A stretch of 25,060 bases of DNA from positions 1 through 25,060 of the forward strand of contig JAQVUB010000001.1 of the NCBI GenBank assembly GCA_028699735.1, written 5' to 3'. This stretch comes from Lentisphaeria bacterium (lineage in GTDB: Bacteria > Verrucomicrobiota > Lentisphaeria > Oligosphaerales > Oligosphaeraceae). How positions within the stretch are numbered: the stretch's first letter is position 1; each line of letters begins with the position of its first letter. Below are positions 24,971 through 25,060 of this stretch, in pieces. Below the pieces are notes generated by a model, which was given only the letters and a program-made list of their open reading frames with translations, did not search any database and was not told where the DNA came from. Position numbers and translations under genes: made by a program.

Positions 24971-25060
24971 TAGATTTCAAGATAGATAGGTGCTGTGGTC
25001 AGATTCCGGCAGGCATCCTTGGTTAGTGCCGCGACATCTTCCAGACGGATTCCGCCCCAT
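24970..25060 (-). CDS. C-terminal fragment of an Xaa-Pro aminopeptidase (M24 family); 5' part outside the window
   Basis: The minus strand reads WGGIRLEDVAALTKDACRNLTTAPIYLEI*, matching the M24 C-terminal GxRxED...LT motif. Confidence 0.75.
   Translation of the reverse strand, partial: WGGIRLEDVAALTKDACRNLTTAPIYLEI

Overview
A 25 kb chromosomal window, probably from a PVC-superphylum anaerobe of Lentisphaerae type. That placement is inferred from the DUF1559/H-X9-DG-type prepilin, the DWG-type Ser/Thr kinases and the multidomain secreted glycosidase. Housekeeping genes are holA, argH, pfkA, fhs, gdhA, gmhA, a RhaA-like isomerase, a DUF192 gene and the 3' end of an Xaa-Pro peptidase. Three things stand out. 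(1) Two paralogous single-pass receptor Ser/Thr kinases lie at the two ends of the window. Both have a non-RD (HCD) catalytic loop and a C-terminal extracytoplasmic dCache domain with a complete amino-acid-binding motif. (2) A locus combines a ROK-like regulator, a prepilin-like protein and a 1209-aa GH-A glycosidase, with a divergent cytoplasmic TIM-barrel-like protein. (3) Intergenic repeats are dense: two long fold-back GGAC microsatellite palindromes (one with 93-bp perfect arms), nine copies of an AACAACGAAA/CACGAAA palindromic family, and a 163-bp MITE with 25-bp TIRs and an 8-bp target duplication. An MntA-HepT toxin-antitoxin pair and a candidate sigma54 promoter with paired upstream sites for gdhA are also present. 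All calls are from motif recognition by eye; no database searches were run.
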